In this document: positions 49,993-59,430 of the stretch, piece by piece | Layout of the letters: every line of letters begins with the position of its first letter | Position numbering within the stretch: the first letter of the stretch is position 1 | Source of the DNA: Trueperaceae bacterium | GTDB taxonomy: Bacteria > Deinococcota > Deinococci > Deinococcales > Trueperaceae | DNA length: 64,000 nt | Reading direction: 5' to 3' | Assembly (NCBI GenBank): GCA_965213925.1 | Contig: OZ243927.1 | Span: 3,904,001-3,968,000, forward strand | The notes under the pieces: model-generated | Databases searched by the model: none | Told to the model about the DNA's origin: nothing | What the model saw: the letters and a program-made list of their open reading frames with translations, nothing else | Made by a program: the position numbers and the translations under genes

Positions 49993-50835
49993 ATGACCTC
50001 TGAAACCCTCGCTGACGGCGTCCACCGCCTCCCCCTCCCCAGCGACACGCTGCCCCCTTTCGACCACACGAACAGCTACCTCATCGAAAGTCGCGGCGTC
50101 GGTGTCTTGGTTGATGCGGGAAGCGAAGAGGGTGAGGCTTTAGAGGGGCTCGAGCGAACACTCCAAGCGAAAGTCAATCTCTTCAAAGCCCTCCTCCTCA
50201 CCCACACGCACCCCGACCACTGCGCAGGGGCGAAGAGGGTACAAGACCATTTCGACGTGCCGATTTACGTGCACCCTTTAGAGCGTCCCCGTTTTGAAGA
50301 AAAGTACGAGCCGACGGGCGAAATTATCTCCTTACAGGACGAGCGCGTCTTGACCGTCGGCGGCAAAGAGGTCCGCGCCTTGCACACGCCCGGTCACAGC
50401 CCCGGTCATCTGAGTTTCTACCTGCCCGACACGCGCACGATTTTGGCGGGGGACGTGGTCGCAAATCGAGGCTCAACCTGGGTTGGACTGCCCGAGGGCG
50501 ATGTGTCGGACTATTTAGCGACATTGGAGCGGTTGCAAGACCTTGGCGCGGACCTCATCGGACCTGGACACGGCGAAGTCATCACGAATCCGCAAGAGAG
50601 GTTGCAGCAGTCCAAAGCGCACCGCTTGGAGCGGGAGCAGCAAGTTTTAGATACGCTCGGAAGCGAACAACTCAGCTTGGATGAACTGCGCACTCGCATC
50701 TACCCGCAAGTGCCGGAGCGCATGACCAAGCTCGTAGAAGGAAGCGTGCTGGCGCACCTCAAAAAGCTGATGGCGGAGATGCGCGTGGTGCATCTCGGGG
50801 AGGATGAGGCGGGACCGTACGCGGCGCGGCGTTAA
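49993..50835 (+). CDS. MBL-fold metallo-hydrolase (LACTB2-like)
   Basis: THTHPDH, HTPGHSPGH, AGD, PGHG. Confidence 0.9.
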   Translation: MTSETLADGVHRLPLPSDTLPPFDHTNSYLIESRGVGVLVDAGSEEGEALEGLERTLQAKVNLFKALLLTHTHPDHCAGAKRVQDHFDVPIYVHPLERPRFEEKYEPTGEIISLQDERVLTVGGKEVRALHTPGHSPGHLSFYLPDTRTILAGDVVANRGSTWVGLPEGDVSDYLATLERLQDLGADLIGPGHGEVITNPQERLQQSKAHRLEREQQVLDTLGSEQLSLDELRTRIYPQVPERMTKLVEGSVLAHLKKLMAEMRVVHLGEDEAGPYAARR

Positions 50836-50963
50836 GCAGGTCTCAGCCTTTAGGCTAGCGGAACTTCATCTGGTCGCAAACGCTATCGCTATATACAAAA
50901 CTGCTCAGTTCGTACATTTTGAGATGATGGCTGCGCAATTTACAGCAATGCTTGTGATAGCTA

Positions 50964-51176
50964 TTATTCATCCTCTTTTACAATGAGGTTCTCCAAGTCT
51001 GCCTGCGCCTCTTCGATGGACCCGTATTTGTAAACGCCTGGTTTATACCGCCGCCCCACAAGTTCATGCGCCCGCTGCCAAAGCGCTTCAACGCGGTCAA
51101 TGTAGGCGTCGTCTACCTCATCAACCCAGAGCGCTTCTCGAGCCTCTTCAAACGAACGAAATTTGTAGACGGGCAT
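50964..51176 (-). CDS. Small hypothetical protein with an internal repeat
   Basis: PVYKFRSFEEA ... PGVYKYGSIEEA; start could be 51176 or 51206. Confidence 0.6.
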   Translation of the reverse strand: MPVYKFRSFEEAREALWVDEVDDAYIDRVEALWQRAHELVGRRYKPGVYKYGSIEEAQADLENLIVKEDE

Positions 51177-51238
51177 TTCTTCGTCCAATTCATCATTGCT
51201 ATACAATGTATTTTCTTTTGCCCGATAACACTTCGTTT

Positions 51239-51592
51239 CTAATCGGTGAAGAAAATCATTTCCTCAATCGCTTCTCTAAACCACTCCCAGAAGTCGCCAT
51301 ATATCTTCACTTGTTCGTATCCTGGTGACGCGAAGTCATGGATAAGTACAACCTTGCTAGCCATATTTTTCTCAAAACAAGCAACATCATCGCTATCCTC
51401 TCGGCGGGCGAATGGTACTAAGTGCCGATAAGGGTAACGTTCTCGCATACCCAAATACCTTATTTTCAACCGTTCACCTTCGAGGATAAACCAAGGGTCT
51501 AAATCACAGAGGTTGAGGTCAACGACACGGCGAAACTCTTTTGGGTAGCTCAACCATTCCGCTTCGATTTCAGTATTGAGCAGTTTTTCCAT
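51239..51592 (-). CDS. SMI1/KNR4-like (immunity-type) protein, low GC
   Basis: LVPFARREDSDDVACF..VVLIHDFASPG..FWEWF; clearly AT-richer than its neighbours. Confidence 0.65.
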   Translation of the reverse strand: MEKLLNTEIEAEWLSYPKEFRRVVDLNLCDLDPWFILEGERLKIRYLGMRERYPYRHLVPFARREDSDDVACFEKNMASKVVLIHDFASPGYEQVKIYGDFWEWFREAIEEMIFFTD

Positions 51593-51599
51593 GATTTCA

Positions 51600-52907
51600 C
51601 TAAGAAAGTAGAACTTGGCTCAGCGCTGCTAGGTCCGGCTCCAACCTCTCCACCCTCGTCTCCTCATCCCACAACTTTTCCAGCCTCTCCTCTTTCGGCG
51701 TGGGAATGCCCAATGCTTCTGAGACCACATCAGGAAACTTCGCAGGGTGCGCCGTCGCTAAAACAATGGTAGGAGAGGTATCGCTCGTCTCCGAACGGTA
51801 GCGGTAGACGGCTTCTAAACCGACAGCCGTATGCGGACACGCCACATAGCCTGTGCGCTCATAGACCTCTTTCATGCGTGTTTGAGTCACTTCGTCCGTC
51901 ACAGATGAGCCCCAAATCATCCCCTGCATCTCATCACTAAGGAGCGCGTAGAGCCGCTCGAAGTTGCTGGGCGCACCCACGTCCATCGCGTTGGAGACGG
52001 TCGCAACCGTCGGGCTAAACGCATACGCCTCGCGGAGTTTGTGCAGGTAGTTCGGGAAGAAGTCGTTGGCGTTATGCGCGGCGATGAATTTGGTGACGCC
52101 GAGACCGGCTCGAGCCGCCAAAACACCGCCCGTGAGGTTGCCTAAATTACCGCTCGGAATACAGAAAACAGGCGCTATTCCGCTTTCGTCTAGCTGGGAC
52201 GCGACTTGTACGCTCGCCCAAAAGTAATACAAGGACTGAGGTAAAAGCCGCCCGATGTTGATAGAATTTGCAGACGAAAGAGGTAGGCGACTCAATTCTG
52301 GTGAGACGAACGCCTCTTTGACCAAACGCTGACAGTCGTCGAAGTCACCCTCAACCGCGAAAGCACGCACGCCTTTGCGCTTCGCGATAAGCTGCCGCTC
52401 TTGCACCTCGCTCACTTTGCCTTTGGGGTAGAGGAGTACTACATCGATATTGTCTTGACCCGCGAACCCGTCCGCGACTGCGCTACCCGTATCACCCGAC
52501 GTCGCCACTAAAATCGTGCGGCGCTCACCTCTTTGGGCGAGAAAGCGGCTCATGAGCCGCGCCATCGTGCGCGCGCCTACGTCCTTAAAGGAGAGGGTGG
52601 GGCCGTGGAACAGCTCGAGCACGAACACCCCGTCCCCTAGTGACACAACGGGCACGGGAAAATTGAGCGCGTCATCCACTAAACTAGCGAGGCTGACTTC
52701 GTCCACTTCGGACCCTAACCAGTCGTTGAGCACCGCGCCGCCGAGGTCACTTAAAGAGGTTGCGCTCCTCCACGCTTCACTAGGAACTTGGGGAATGCAG
52801 TCGGGGACGTAAAGCCCGCCGTCCTTTGCTAGCCCTTTGAGTAAGGCGTCCGCGAAGGAGACCTTGTGCTTCTCTTTGTCTCTCGTGCTGTAGTAGCGAA
52901 TCGCCAT
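51600..52907 (-). CDS. thrC: Threonine synthase
   Basis: GLAKDGGLYVP, LELFHGPTLSFKD, ATSGDTG, SANSINIGRL, PSGNLGN, ATAHPAKF. Confidence 0.96.
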   Translation of the reverse strand: MAIRYYSTRDKEKHKVSFADALLKGLAKDGGLYVPDCIPQVPSEAWRSATSLSDLGGAVLNDWLGSEVDEVSLASLVDDALNFPVPVVSLGDGVFVLELFHGPTLSFKDVGARTMARLMSRFLAQRGERRTILVATSGDTGSAVADGFAGQDNIDVVLLYPKGKVSEVQERQLIAKRKGVRAFAVEGDFDDCQRLVKEAFVSPELSRLPLSSANSINIGRLLPQSLYYFWASVQVASQLDESGIAPVFCIPSGNLGNLTGGVLAARAGLGVTKFIAAHNANDFFPNYLHKLREAYAFSPTVATVSNAMDVGAPSNFERLYALLSDEMQGMIWGSSVTDEVTQTRMKEVYERTGYVACPHTAVGLEAVYRYRSETSDTSPTIVLATAHPAKFPDVVSEALGIPTPKEERLEKLWDEETRVERLEPDLAALSQVLLS

Positions 52908-52908
52908 C

Positions 52909-53184
52909 TTATCCTAAAACCGGGGCGTCTTCTTTGGGGCGTTTGAAGGTTAAGTAATGCTCTGGCATACCCGACGACTGTGAGGTCTGAACGGCGTGCG
53001 TGACGAGTTCCCAGCCATCTTCGCCTGCGAGCGTGAGAAGCTCGGGGAGCGTCGCGGCGTCGTACCCGCGCGCGCTCGTCCAGGTGTCGCCCAGACGCTC
53101 CCCGTTGTGGTCGAGCGAACTCAGCTCCTGGGTGACGCCAAGCCCCTTGAAGCCGAAGCGGATAGCTAGATAGTCCCACTTCAT
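52909..53184 (-). CDS. Small protein, DUF4177-like
   Basis: MKWDY...GEDGWELV...FKRP pattern; tightly packed between hom and thrC. Confidence 0.7.
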   Translation of the reverse strand: MKWDYLAIRFGFKGLGVTQELSSLDHNGERLGDTWTSARGYDAATLPELLTLAGEDGWELVTHAVQTSQSSGMPEHYLTFKRPKEDAPVLG

Positions 53185-53185
53185 A

Positions 53186-54208
53186 TTAGCCTACCGGACC
53201 TAGCTCGAGTACGGCGTAATTCTCGGGTAGGGCTGCCGCCTGAGAGAGCAAACTCGGACCTGGGCGCTCCGCCACCGCGCAGAGTACATCGGCGAGCACG
53301 GCGCTCGCGGTGGGCTTCGCCCCTGCGCCTGCGCCTGTAATAAGCACTTCGCCGATGGCGTCGCCTTTGAAAAGCAGCCCGTTGCGGTTGCTCGCCGAGC
53401 CTGCTAAGGGATGCGACGCCGCGAGGTACGCCGGGCGCACCTCCACGCGCCACGCGCCCTCTTTCGGGTAGACGCTGCCGACTAAACGCACGCGCCCGCC
53501 GTCCTCCATCGCCTCGGTGATGTGCGTATCGGTAAGGTGCGAGATGCCTATCGTGCGCGCCTTGACCTCGTCCCAAGTGAGGTCAGGCAGAACGGTGAGC
53601 CGCGCCAAAAGGGTGAGCTTGTGCGCGGCGTCGAAACCTTCAATATCTAGGGTGGGATCAGCTTCGGCGTAACCGAGCCGCTGCGCTTCGGCTAGGGCAG
53701 TCTGGAAATCCTTGCCCACTTCCATCTCGCTCAAAATATAGTTGCAAGTTCCGTTCAAGAGGGCGTGCATCTCCAAGGGTTTGGAGCCGCGCAGGGCGTT
53801 CGTCAGCGGACCGATGATGGGTGTGCCTGCCATGACCGCCGCCTCGAAATAGAGCATTCCGGCTTCCAAATAGGGCTTGAACTCATCCCACCTCTCGGCG
53901 AGGACCGCTTTGTTCGCGGTGACCACGCGCTTGCCCTCTTTTAGCGCTTGCAGCGTCCAGTCACCCGCGAGGTCCGTGCCGCCGACGAGTTCAACGACGA
54001 TGTCGGCGTCCTGAAGTACCTCTTGCGCGTCGGGGGTGAGTTTGTCAGTGGGGATTGCGCCTCGAGCCCTACTCGTGTCCCTCACAAGCACGTTACCCAA
54101 CTCCGCCTCAACTTCACACGCACGGATGCGCCTTTGCAAAAGTTCCGCCAACGCCGTTCCTACCGTGCCCGCCCCGAGTAGCCCGATACGCTTTACGCCT
54201 CGTGTCAT
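53186..54208 (-). CDS. hom: Homoserine dehydrogenase (no ACT domain)
   Basis: IGLLGAGTVG, VVTANK, FEAAVMAGTP, NGTCNYIL, GYAEADPTLDIEG.DAAHKL, GAGAGAKPTASAV. Confidence 0.95.
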   Translation of the reverse strand: MTRGVKRIGLLGAGTVGTALAELLQRRIRACEVEAELGNVLVRDTSRARGAIPTDKLTPDAQEVLQDADIVVELVGGTDLAGDWTLQALKEGKRVVTANKAVLAERWDEFKPYLEAGMLYFEAAVMAGTPIIGPLTNALRGSKPLEMHALLNGTCNYILSEMEVGKDFQTALAEAQRLGYAEADPTLDIEGFDAAHKLTLLARLTVLPDLTWDEVKARTIGISHLTDTHITEAMEDGGRVRLVGSVYPKEGAWRVEVRPAYLAASHPLAGSASNRNGLLFKGDAIGEVLITGAGAGAKPTASAVLADVLCAVAERPGPSLLSQAAALPENYAVLELGPVG

Positions 54209-54432
54209 GAGGGTGAGGATAACATGGGAGCGCCTTGCAGGTACTATCTGGTTACAAACGCTCTCACTTGAAAAAAGCCTCTCAGCACGCACACTCAGGG
54301 ATGATATCTGCGCTATTCCAATTCGGTACCCCTACGAATTGCTATACTGCTCCTTTGGATAGGACGTACGCTTCCTCTTAATGTTTATATGGGTAGGCCA
54401 CGCTGGAAACGTCACAGAAAGAGGCAAATGTA

Positions 54433-54460
54433 GTAGGGGTGATTCATGAATCACCCCTAC
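54433..54460. repeat. GTAG-type REP palindrome
   Basis: Perfect 28-bp GTAGGGGTGATTCATGAATCACCCCTAC. Confidence 0.8.
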
Positions 54461-54583
54461 GCTCCGCACTCCCTCGCCGAGAAAGATGATTGTACGAAAT
54501 TCAAAGAGATTCTAAGCAGTATCTATGCGAAGGTAGCGGCGCGCAGGAAGAATCAAGGATTTTCGAGTTAGGTTAGGAATCAG

Positions 54584-55670
54584 ATGCTAGGAATAGGAAT
54601 TGTAGGACTGCCGAACGTCGGCAAGAGCACCCTTTTTAACGCCATCACCAAAGCGGGCGTCGAGGCGGCGAATTACCCCTTCGCCACCATCGATAAAAAC
54701 GTCGGCGTCGTTCCCGTGCCCGATGAGCGCTTGGAGGCGCTTAAACAAGTCTACGTCAAGGGTGAGCGCGTGCCGCCCGTCGTGCCGACGACGGTTGAAT
54801 TCGTAGACATCGCGGGTTTAGTCAAGGGCGCGAGCCAAGGCGAAGGTTTAGGCAACCAGTTTTTAGCGAACATCCGCGAGGTCTCCGCCATCGCCCACGT
54901 GGTGCGCTGCTTCGAAGACCCAAACGTGGTGCACGTGGCTGGGAAAGTCGACCCGCTTGGCGACATCGAAATCATCAACACGGAGCTTGCGTTAGCGGAT
55001 ATCACGAGTTTGGAGAAACGACTGGAGAAACTCCGCCGCAGCGCTCGTTCCAATAAAGAGGACGCGCTGATTGTCGAGGCAACTGAGAAGATGATCAGTA
55101 AACTCTCCGAAGGGATTCCGGCGCGGCAAACCGACATCGAACTCCCCAGAGACTTCAACCTCTTGACCGCGAAGCCTGTCATCTACGTCTGCAACGTCTC
55201 CGAAGAGGACGCGGCGATGGGCAACGCCCTAGTCGAAGAGGTGCGCGAGTACGCGGGACAAAGAGGGTGCTGAAGTCGTGGTTATCTCCGCAAAGATCGA
55301 AGGGGAACTCGCCGAGTTGGACGAAGAGGAGGCGATGGAGTTCTTGCGGGACTACGGTTTGGAGGAACCAGGGCTCAACCGCCTCATCCGCAAAGGCTAT
55401 AAGGCTTTAGGGCTCATCACCTTTTTGACGGCAGGCGAGAAAGAGGTCCGCGCTTGGACGGTGCGTGAGGGCAACCGGGCTCCGCAGGCGGCGGGCGAAA
55501 TCCACACGGACTTCGAGCGGGGCTTTATCCGCGCGGAGGTCATCGACTGGGACAAGCTCGTGGAGGCAGGCGGCAACGTCGCCGCGCGCTCTAAAGGCTG
55601 GCTGCGCACGGAGGGGAAAGACTACGTCGTGAAAGACGGCGACGTGATGAACTTTTTGTTTAACGTTTAG
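54584..55670 (+). CDS. ychF: Ribosome-binding ATPase YchF, one apparent +1 frameshift near 55255
   Basis: [20 protein letters not shown] and [10 protein letters not shown] in the first [16 protein letters not shown] and [11 protein letters not shown] in the second; removing one G from GCGGGAC joins them. Confidence 0.92.
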
Positions 55671-55857
55671 TACGCCGTAAATTAAGTATTGCTACTTATT
55701 GGCATGTCACCCTGAGCCGAAGGCGTGAGGGTCTCGTCTCGCAACCTAAGTCAGAAGAGTCAGCAAGGTCAGAGATTCTTACGCTCCACGGAGCCTGCCC
55801 TGGTGAGGGTTCCGCTCAGAATGACAAGTTTCATTTCTTGGCTAACAGTGTATTTAG
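55667..55857. mobile_element. MITE-like element, copy 4
   Basis: Starts at the TTAG containing the ychF stop; TGTCACCCTGAGCCGAAGGCGTGAGGGTCTCG is identical to copy 3. Confidence 0.72.
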
Positions 55858-55899
55858 TTTTTACAGCGCGTCACCGTGTACAGCCGAATGCAACGCTTC

Positions 55900-55983
55900 G
55901 TAGGGGCGGGTTTGAAACCCACCCCTACCACGTTGATGCGTTCTCTGTAATGAAAAGTAGGGAGATTCATGAATCCCCCCTAC
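55900..55983. repeat. Pair of GTAG-type REP palindromes
   Basis: GTAGGGGCGGGTTTGAAACCCACCCCTAC (55900-55928) and GTAGGGAGATTCATGAATCCCCCCTAC (55957-55983). Confidence 0.75.
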
Positions 55984-56003
55984 GCCGCGCATAGGCAGCA
56001 GTA

Positions 56004-57281
56004 TTATTCCAGCGTCGCCTTGCCAAAATATGCCTGAATAGGCTCTGGCAAGCGCACCGTGCCGTCCTCGCTCTGAAAGTTCTCGAGGATCGCCGCGACC
56101 GTGCGCGGAAAGGCTAAGGCGCTGCCGTTAAGGGTGTGCACTAGCTCGGGTTTGCCCTTGCCCTGCGCGCCGCCCGCGCGAAAGCGGGTCAACATGCGCC
56201 GCGCCTGAAAGTCGGTGAGGTTGCTGATCGAGGAGACCTCCAGCCAGCGCTCTTGCCCCGCGCTCCACACCTCCAAGTCGTACTTTTTCGCCTGCGTGAA
56301 GCCCATGTCACCCGTGCACATCGAGAGTCTACGGTAGGACAAGCCTAACGCCTCCAAAATCCCCTCCGAGATTTCGGTCATCTCCTCCAACACGTTGTAG
56401 CTTGTCTCTGGCTCGACAAACTGCACCATCTCGACCTTGTCGAACTGGTGCACGCGGTTCACGCCGCGCACCTCTTTGCCGTACGAGCCCGCCTCGCGCC
56501 GGAAGTTGGGGGTGTAAGCGCTCAGCTTAATAGGTAAGTCCGCCTCGTCTAAGATTTCGCCCCGAAAGAGGTTGGTTACGGGCACCTCCGAAGTCGGGAT
56601 GAGGTAGAAGCCGTCCGTGACTTCGTACATCTGCCCCTCTTTGTCGGGCAGTTGCCCTGTAGCGGTCGCGGACTCCGCGTTGACCATGACGGGCGGCGCG
56701 ACTTCCGTGTAGCCCTTTTCGGTAAGCGTGTCTAAGAAGTAATTTTTAAGGGCTCTCACGAGCCGTGCCCCGTTTCCTCTAAAAATTGGGAAGCCTGCAC
56801 CCGTCGTTTTGACGCCCGCTTCGAAATCGATCCAGCCTCTCGCCGTCGCGAGGTCCCAGTGAGGTTTGGGCGCGAAGTCAAACGTGGGTTTCTCACCGCG
56901 CTCGTGCACTACGACGTTGTCGTGCTCGCTCTCGCCGTAAGGCACGCTCTCGTGGGGAACGTTAGGAACCTCCAACATCAACCCCTCTAACTGATGCTGC
57001 AAGCTCCGCTCTTTCTCCTCTAAGCTCTTGACTTCGCCTGACAGCTCGCCCATCTCGCGGATGAGGTCCTCGGCGCTCTCGCCGCGCCGTTTCAGCTCGC
57101 CGATTTTCTTGCTGCTGGCGTTGCGCTCAGCTTGCTTTTCTTCTAGGTCGCTGCGCAAGAGGCGGTACTCTTCGTCGATGAGGAGGAGTTGCTCCAACTT
57201 AGGCAGCGTGTGGAGCTGCTTGTCGCGAATCGCTTTGCGGACGGTCTCGGGGTTTTCACGGATGAATTTAAGGTCCAGCAT
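56004..57281 (-). CDS. serS: Serine--tRNA ligase
   Basis: MLDLKFIRENP, LIPTSEVP, FRREAGSYG..RVHQFDKVE, HTLNGSALA; own leaderless TAGGCT-N6-ATG. Confidence 0.97.
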   Translation of the reverse strand: MLDLKFIRENPETVRKAIRDKQLHTLPKLEQLLLIDEEYRLLRSDLEEKQAERNASSKKIGELKRRGESAEDLIREMGELSGEVKSLEEKERSLQHQLEGLMLEVPNVPHESVPYGESEHDNVVVHERGEKPTFDFAPKPHWDLATARGWIDFEAGVKTTGAGFPIFRGNGARLVRALKNYFLDTLTEKGYTEVAPPVMVNAESATATGQLPDKEGQMYEVTDGFYLIPTSEVPVTNLFRGEILDEADLPIKLSAYTPNFRREAGSYGKEVRGVNRVHQFDKVEMVQFVEPETSYNVLEEMTEISEGILEALGLSYRRLSMCTGDMGFTQAKKYDLEVWSAGQERWLEVSSISNLTDFQARRMLTRFRAGGAQGKGKPELVHTLNGSALAFPRTVAAILENFQSEDGTVRLPEPIQAYFGKATLE

Positions 57282-57285
57282 GGAA

Positions 57286-59103
57286 CTAGCCTACCTGAAA
57301 AGGGGCGAGGGAAGTATGCGCCTGGGTTTTAGCTCTGCGCGTCTCTTCACGTCGGAGGTCGCGGAGTTTGGCCCTGAGATGCGTCACCAAAGCCCCCAAC
57401 GCCGCCCTTTCCACCTCACCCGTGCGCCGCACGTTGACCTCCGCTATCCCGTCCGCCAAGCCTCTGCGTCCTAGCGTCACCCTGAGGGGAAGCCCGAGCA
57501 GGTCCGCGTCGCCGAACTTGACGCCCGCGCTCTCGTCACGGTCATCGAAAAGGGGCTCTAAACCCGCCGCCGCAAGGTCAGCGTAGAGCTGCTCTGCCAC
57601 CTCCGCCACGTCGGGAAAGCGCGTCCCGCCGAGCGAGACGAGCGCCACTCGGTAGGGCGCGACGCTCACAGGCCAGCAGAGCCCCGCGTCGTCGTAGTAC
57701 AACTGCGCGATGCAAGCAAGCGTGCGCTCGACGCCGATGCCGTAACTTCCCATTAGAATAAGCCGGGACGCGCCGCCACTGTCCAGATACGTCGCCCCTA
57801 GCGCCTCGCTGTACTTGGTTCCTAACTTGAAGATATTGCCCACTTCGACGCCGCGCCGCGTCGCCATCTGTGCGCCGCATAGGGGGCAAGCGTCACCTTC
57901 GGACGCGGCAGCGATGTCTGCGACGAGGTTCGCGCTGTAGTCTCGCCCGTAGTTCGTGTTCATGAGGTGATACCCTGCGCGGTTCGCCCCGGCGACGAGG
58001 TTGGGAGAGGTCGTTACAATGTCGTCCACGACGAGCATAACCTCTTCCGCAACACCGATAGGTGAAGCGTAACCGGGCTCCGCCCCGACGCGGCGAATCT
58101 CCGCTTCGGTCGCGGGGCGCAAGCTATGCGCGCCGATAAGCGTATTGAGCCCGGCACTCAGCTTCGTCTCGCTGAGCGCCATATCGCCGCGCAGCAGGGC
58201 GAAGACGAAGCGTTGTGTCTCTCGAGACTTCAACGCCGCGACGAAAAAGACCGCTTTCGCTGTGCGGGATGGTGGAATCTTCAAGAGGTCAGCGAGCGCG
58301 TCTATCGTTTTGGTGTCGGGCGTCTCCACAAGTGCTATTTCTTTCAGCGCTTCTGCTGGTGCGCTCGCCTTTCGAAACCGCGCCACTTGGCGGTTCGCCT
58401 TGTAGTCACACTGGGTGCAGAGCAGGAGCGTATCCTCGCCGATAGGCGTGAGCACCATGAACTCGTGCGCGCCGCTAGTCCCCTCAGCCGAACCACCCAT
58501 CATGCCCATGTCGCTCTCCACCGCGACGACGGGCAAGCCGAGGCGGGCGAAGATGCGTTCGTACGCGGCGTACATCTGCCGGTACGTCGCCTCCAAACTC
58601 TGCGCGTCCGCGTGAAACGAGTAGGCGTCGTTCATGGTGAATTCCCTCGTGCGGATGAGCCCGCCCCTGGCGCGCGCCTCGTCGCGAAATTTAGGTCCGA
58701 TCTGGTAGAGCGTCACGGGAAGCTGCCGGTAGCTGCGCACCGTGTGACGCGCTATATCAGCCGCCGCCTCTTCGTGCGTCATGCCGAGGCAAAGCGCACG
58801 CCCCGCCCGGTCTCTAAAGCGCACCATCTCACCGCCGACGCTGTGCCAGCGTCCGCTGCGCCGCCACAGGTCGGCAGGCTGGACGAGCGGAAAGCTCACC
58901 TCTTGCGCGCCCAAGGCGTCCAGTTCCTCGCGCAAAACAGCTTCGATCTTCCGCTTTACCCGGAGTCCGAGCGGAGAGAGGTCGAACAGCCCTGCGCCTA
59001 CTTGCTGAATGAATCCGCCACGTAGTAGCAGGCGGTAGTTGGCGGTATCTGCCTCGGCGGGCGCGTCGCGCAGCGTTCGGAAGAAAAGCCGGCTCATTCT
59101 CAT
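57286..59103 (-). CDS. proS: Proline--tRNA ligase, bacterial type with INS editing domain
   Basis: ATG 59103 with AAGGAGG SD (MRMSRLFFRTLRDAP); THEE, FRDE..RGGLIRTREF, EVGNIFKLGTKYS, MGSYGIGVER; INS with TAK and GYASP. Confidence 0.93.
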   Translation of the reverse strand: MRMSRLFFRTLRDAPAEADTANYRLLLRGGFIQQVGAGLFDLSPLGLRVKRKIEAVLREELDALGAQEVSFPLVQPADLWRRSGRWHSVGGEMVRFRDRAGRALCLGMTHEEAAADIARHTVRSYRQLPVTLYQIGPKFRDEARARGGLIRTREFTMNDAYSFHADAQSLEATYRQMYAAYERIFARLGLPVVAVESDMGMMGGSAEGTSGAHEFMVLTPIGEDTLLLCTQCDYKANRQVARFRKASAPAEALKEIALVETPDTKTIDALADLLKIPPSRTAKAVFFVAALKSRETQRFVFALLRGDMALSETKLSAGLNTLIGAHSLRPATEAEIRRVGAEPGYASPIGVAEEVMLVVDDIVTTSPNLVAGANRAGYHLMNTNYGRDYSANLVADIAAASEGDACPLCGAQMATRRGVEVGNIFKLGTKYSEALGATYLDSGGASRLILMGSYGIGVERTLACIAQLYYDDAGLCWPVSVAPYRVALVSLGGTRFPDVAEVAEQLYADLAAAGLEPLFDDRDESAGVKFGDADLLGLPLRVTLGRRGLADGIAEVNVRRTGEVERAALGALVTHLRAKLRDLRREETRRAKTQAHTSLAPFQVG

Positions 59104-59149
59104 GATTTGCCTCCTTGTATTTGACCAGGCTGTCGTTTCCGCCACGCCC

Positions 59150-59187
59150 AAAAGAAAAACCCCGCCAACCGTAAGAGGTGGCGGGGC
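59150..59187 (-). terminator. Attenuator terminator in the proS leader
   Basis: Minus strand CCCCGCCA-CCTCTTACGGT-TGGCGGGG-TTTTTCTTTT, about 45 nt before the proS start. Confidence 0.85.
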
Positions 59188-59209
59188 ACAAAAGCGTAGA
59201 AGCGTCAGC

Positions 59210-59278
59210 CTAGCTGAGCGCACCCCTACAGATAGACGGGACCTGCTTGACGTTCGTCAGGTGAGGGATGCGGTTCAT
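59210..59278 (-). CDS. Leaderless 22-aa leader peptide MNRIPHLTNVKQVPSICRGALS
   Basis: ATG lies 7 nt after a TATACT -10 box; its stop sits in the loop of a hairpin just before the terminator. Confidence 0.7.
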   Translation of the reverse strand: MNRIPHLTNVKQVPSICRGALS

Positions 59279-59285
59279 GCAGTGA

Positions 59286-59315
59286 AGTATACGAAGGGGT
59301 GGGTCGGGGCGTCAA
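59286..59315 (-). promoter_or_regulatory. Sigma70-type promoter for leader peptide and proS
   Basis: TTGACG-N18-TATACT. Confidence 0.75.
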
Positions 59316-59430
59316 GTGGGGCTGGGTCAGCTACCCCGAACCTCATCCGAAAAGGTCGTGCGCGGTCGCACATCTGCCCCCCTCGCAGTCACCTCGATTC
59401 AGTCAGTAAAAATGCGTCATAATACGCTCT

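Noticed and set aside
55250..55280. ychF split into two genes
   Set aside because: One extra G in GCGGGAC explains the break in a near-universal gene; most likely sequencing error.
58126..59025. 299-aa ORF antisense to proS, and similar long antisense ORFs elsewhere
   Set aside because: Shadow ORFs expected in high-GC coding DNA.
59104..59290. T-box riboswitch upstream of proS
   Set aside because: No GGTGGNACCGCG T-box sequence or specifier stem is visible; a leader ORF plus terminator fits better.
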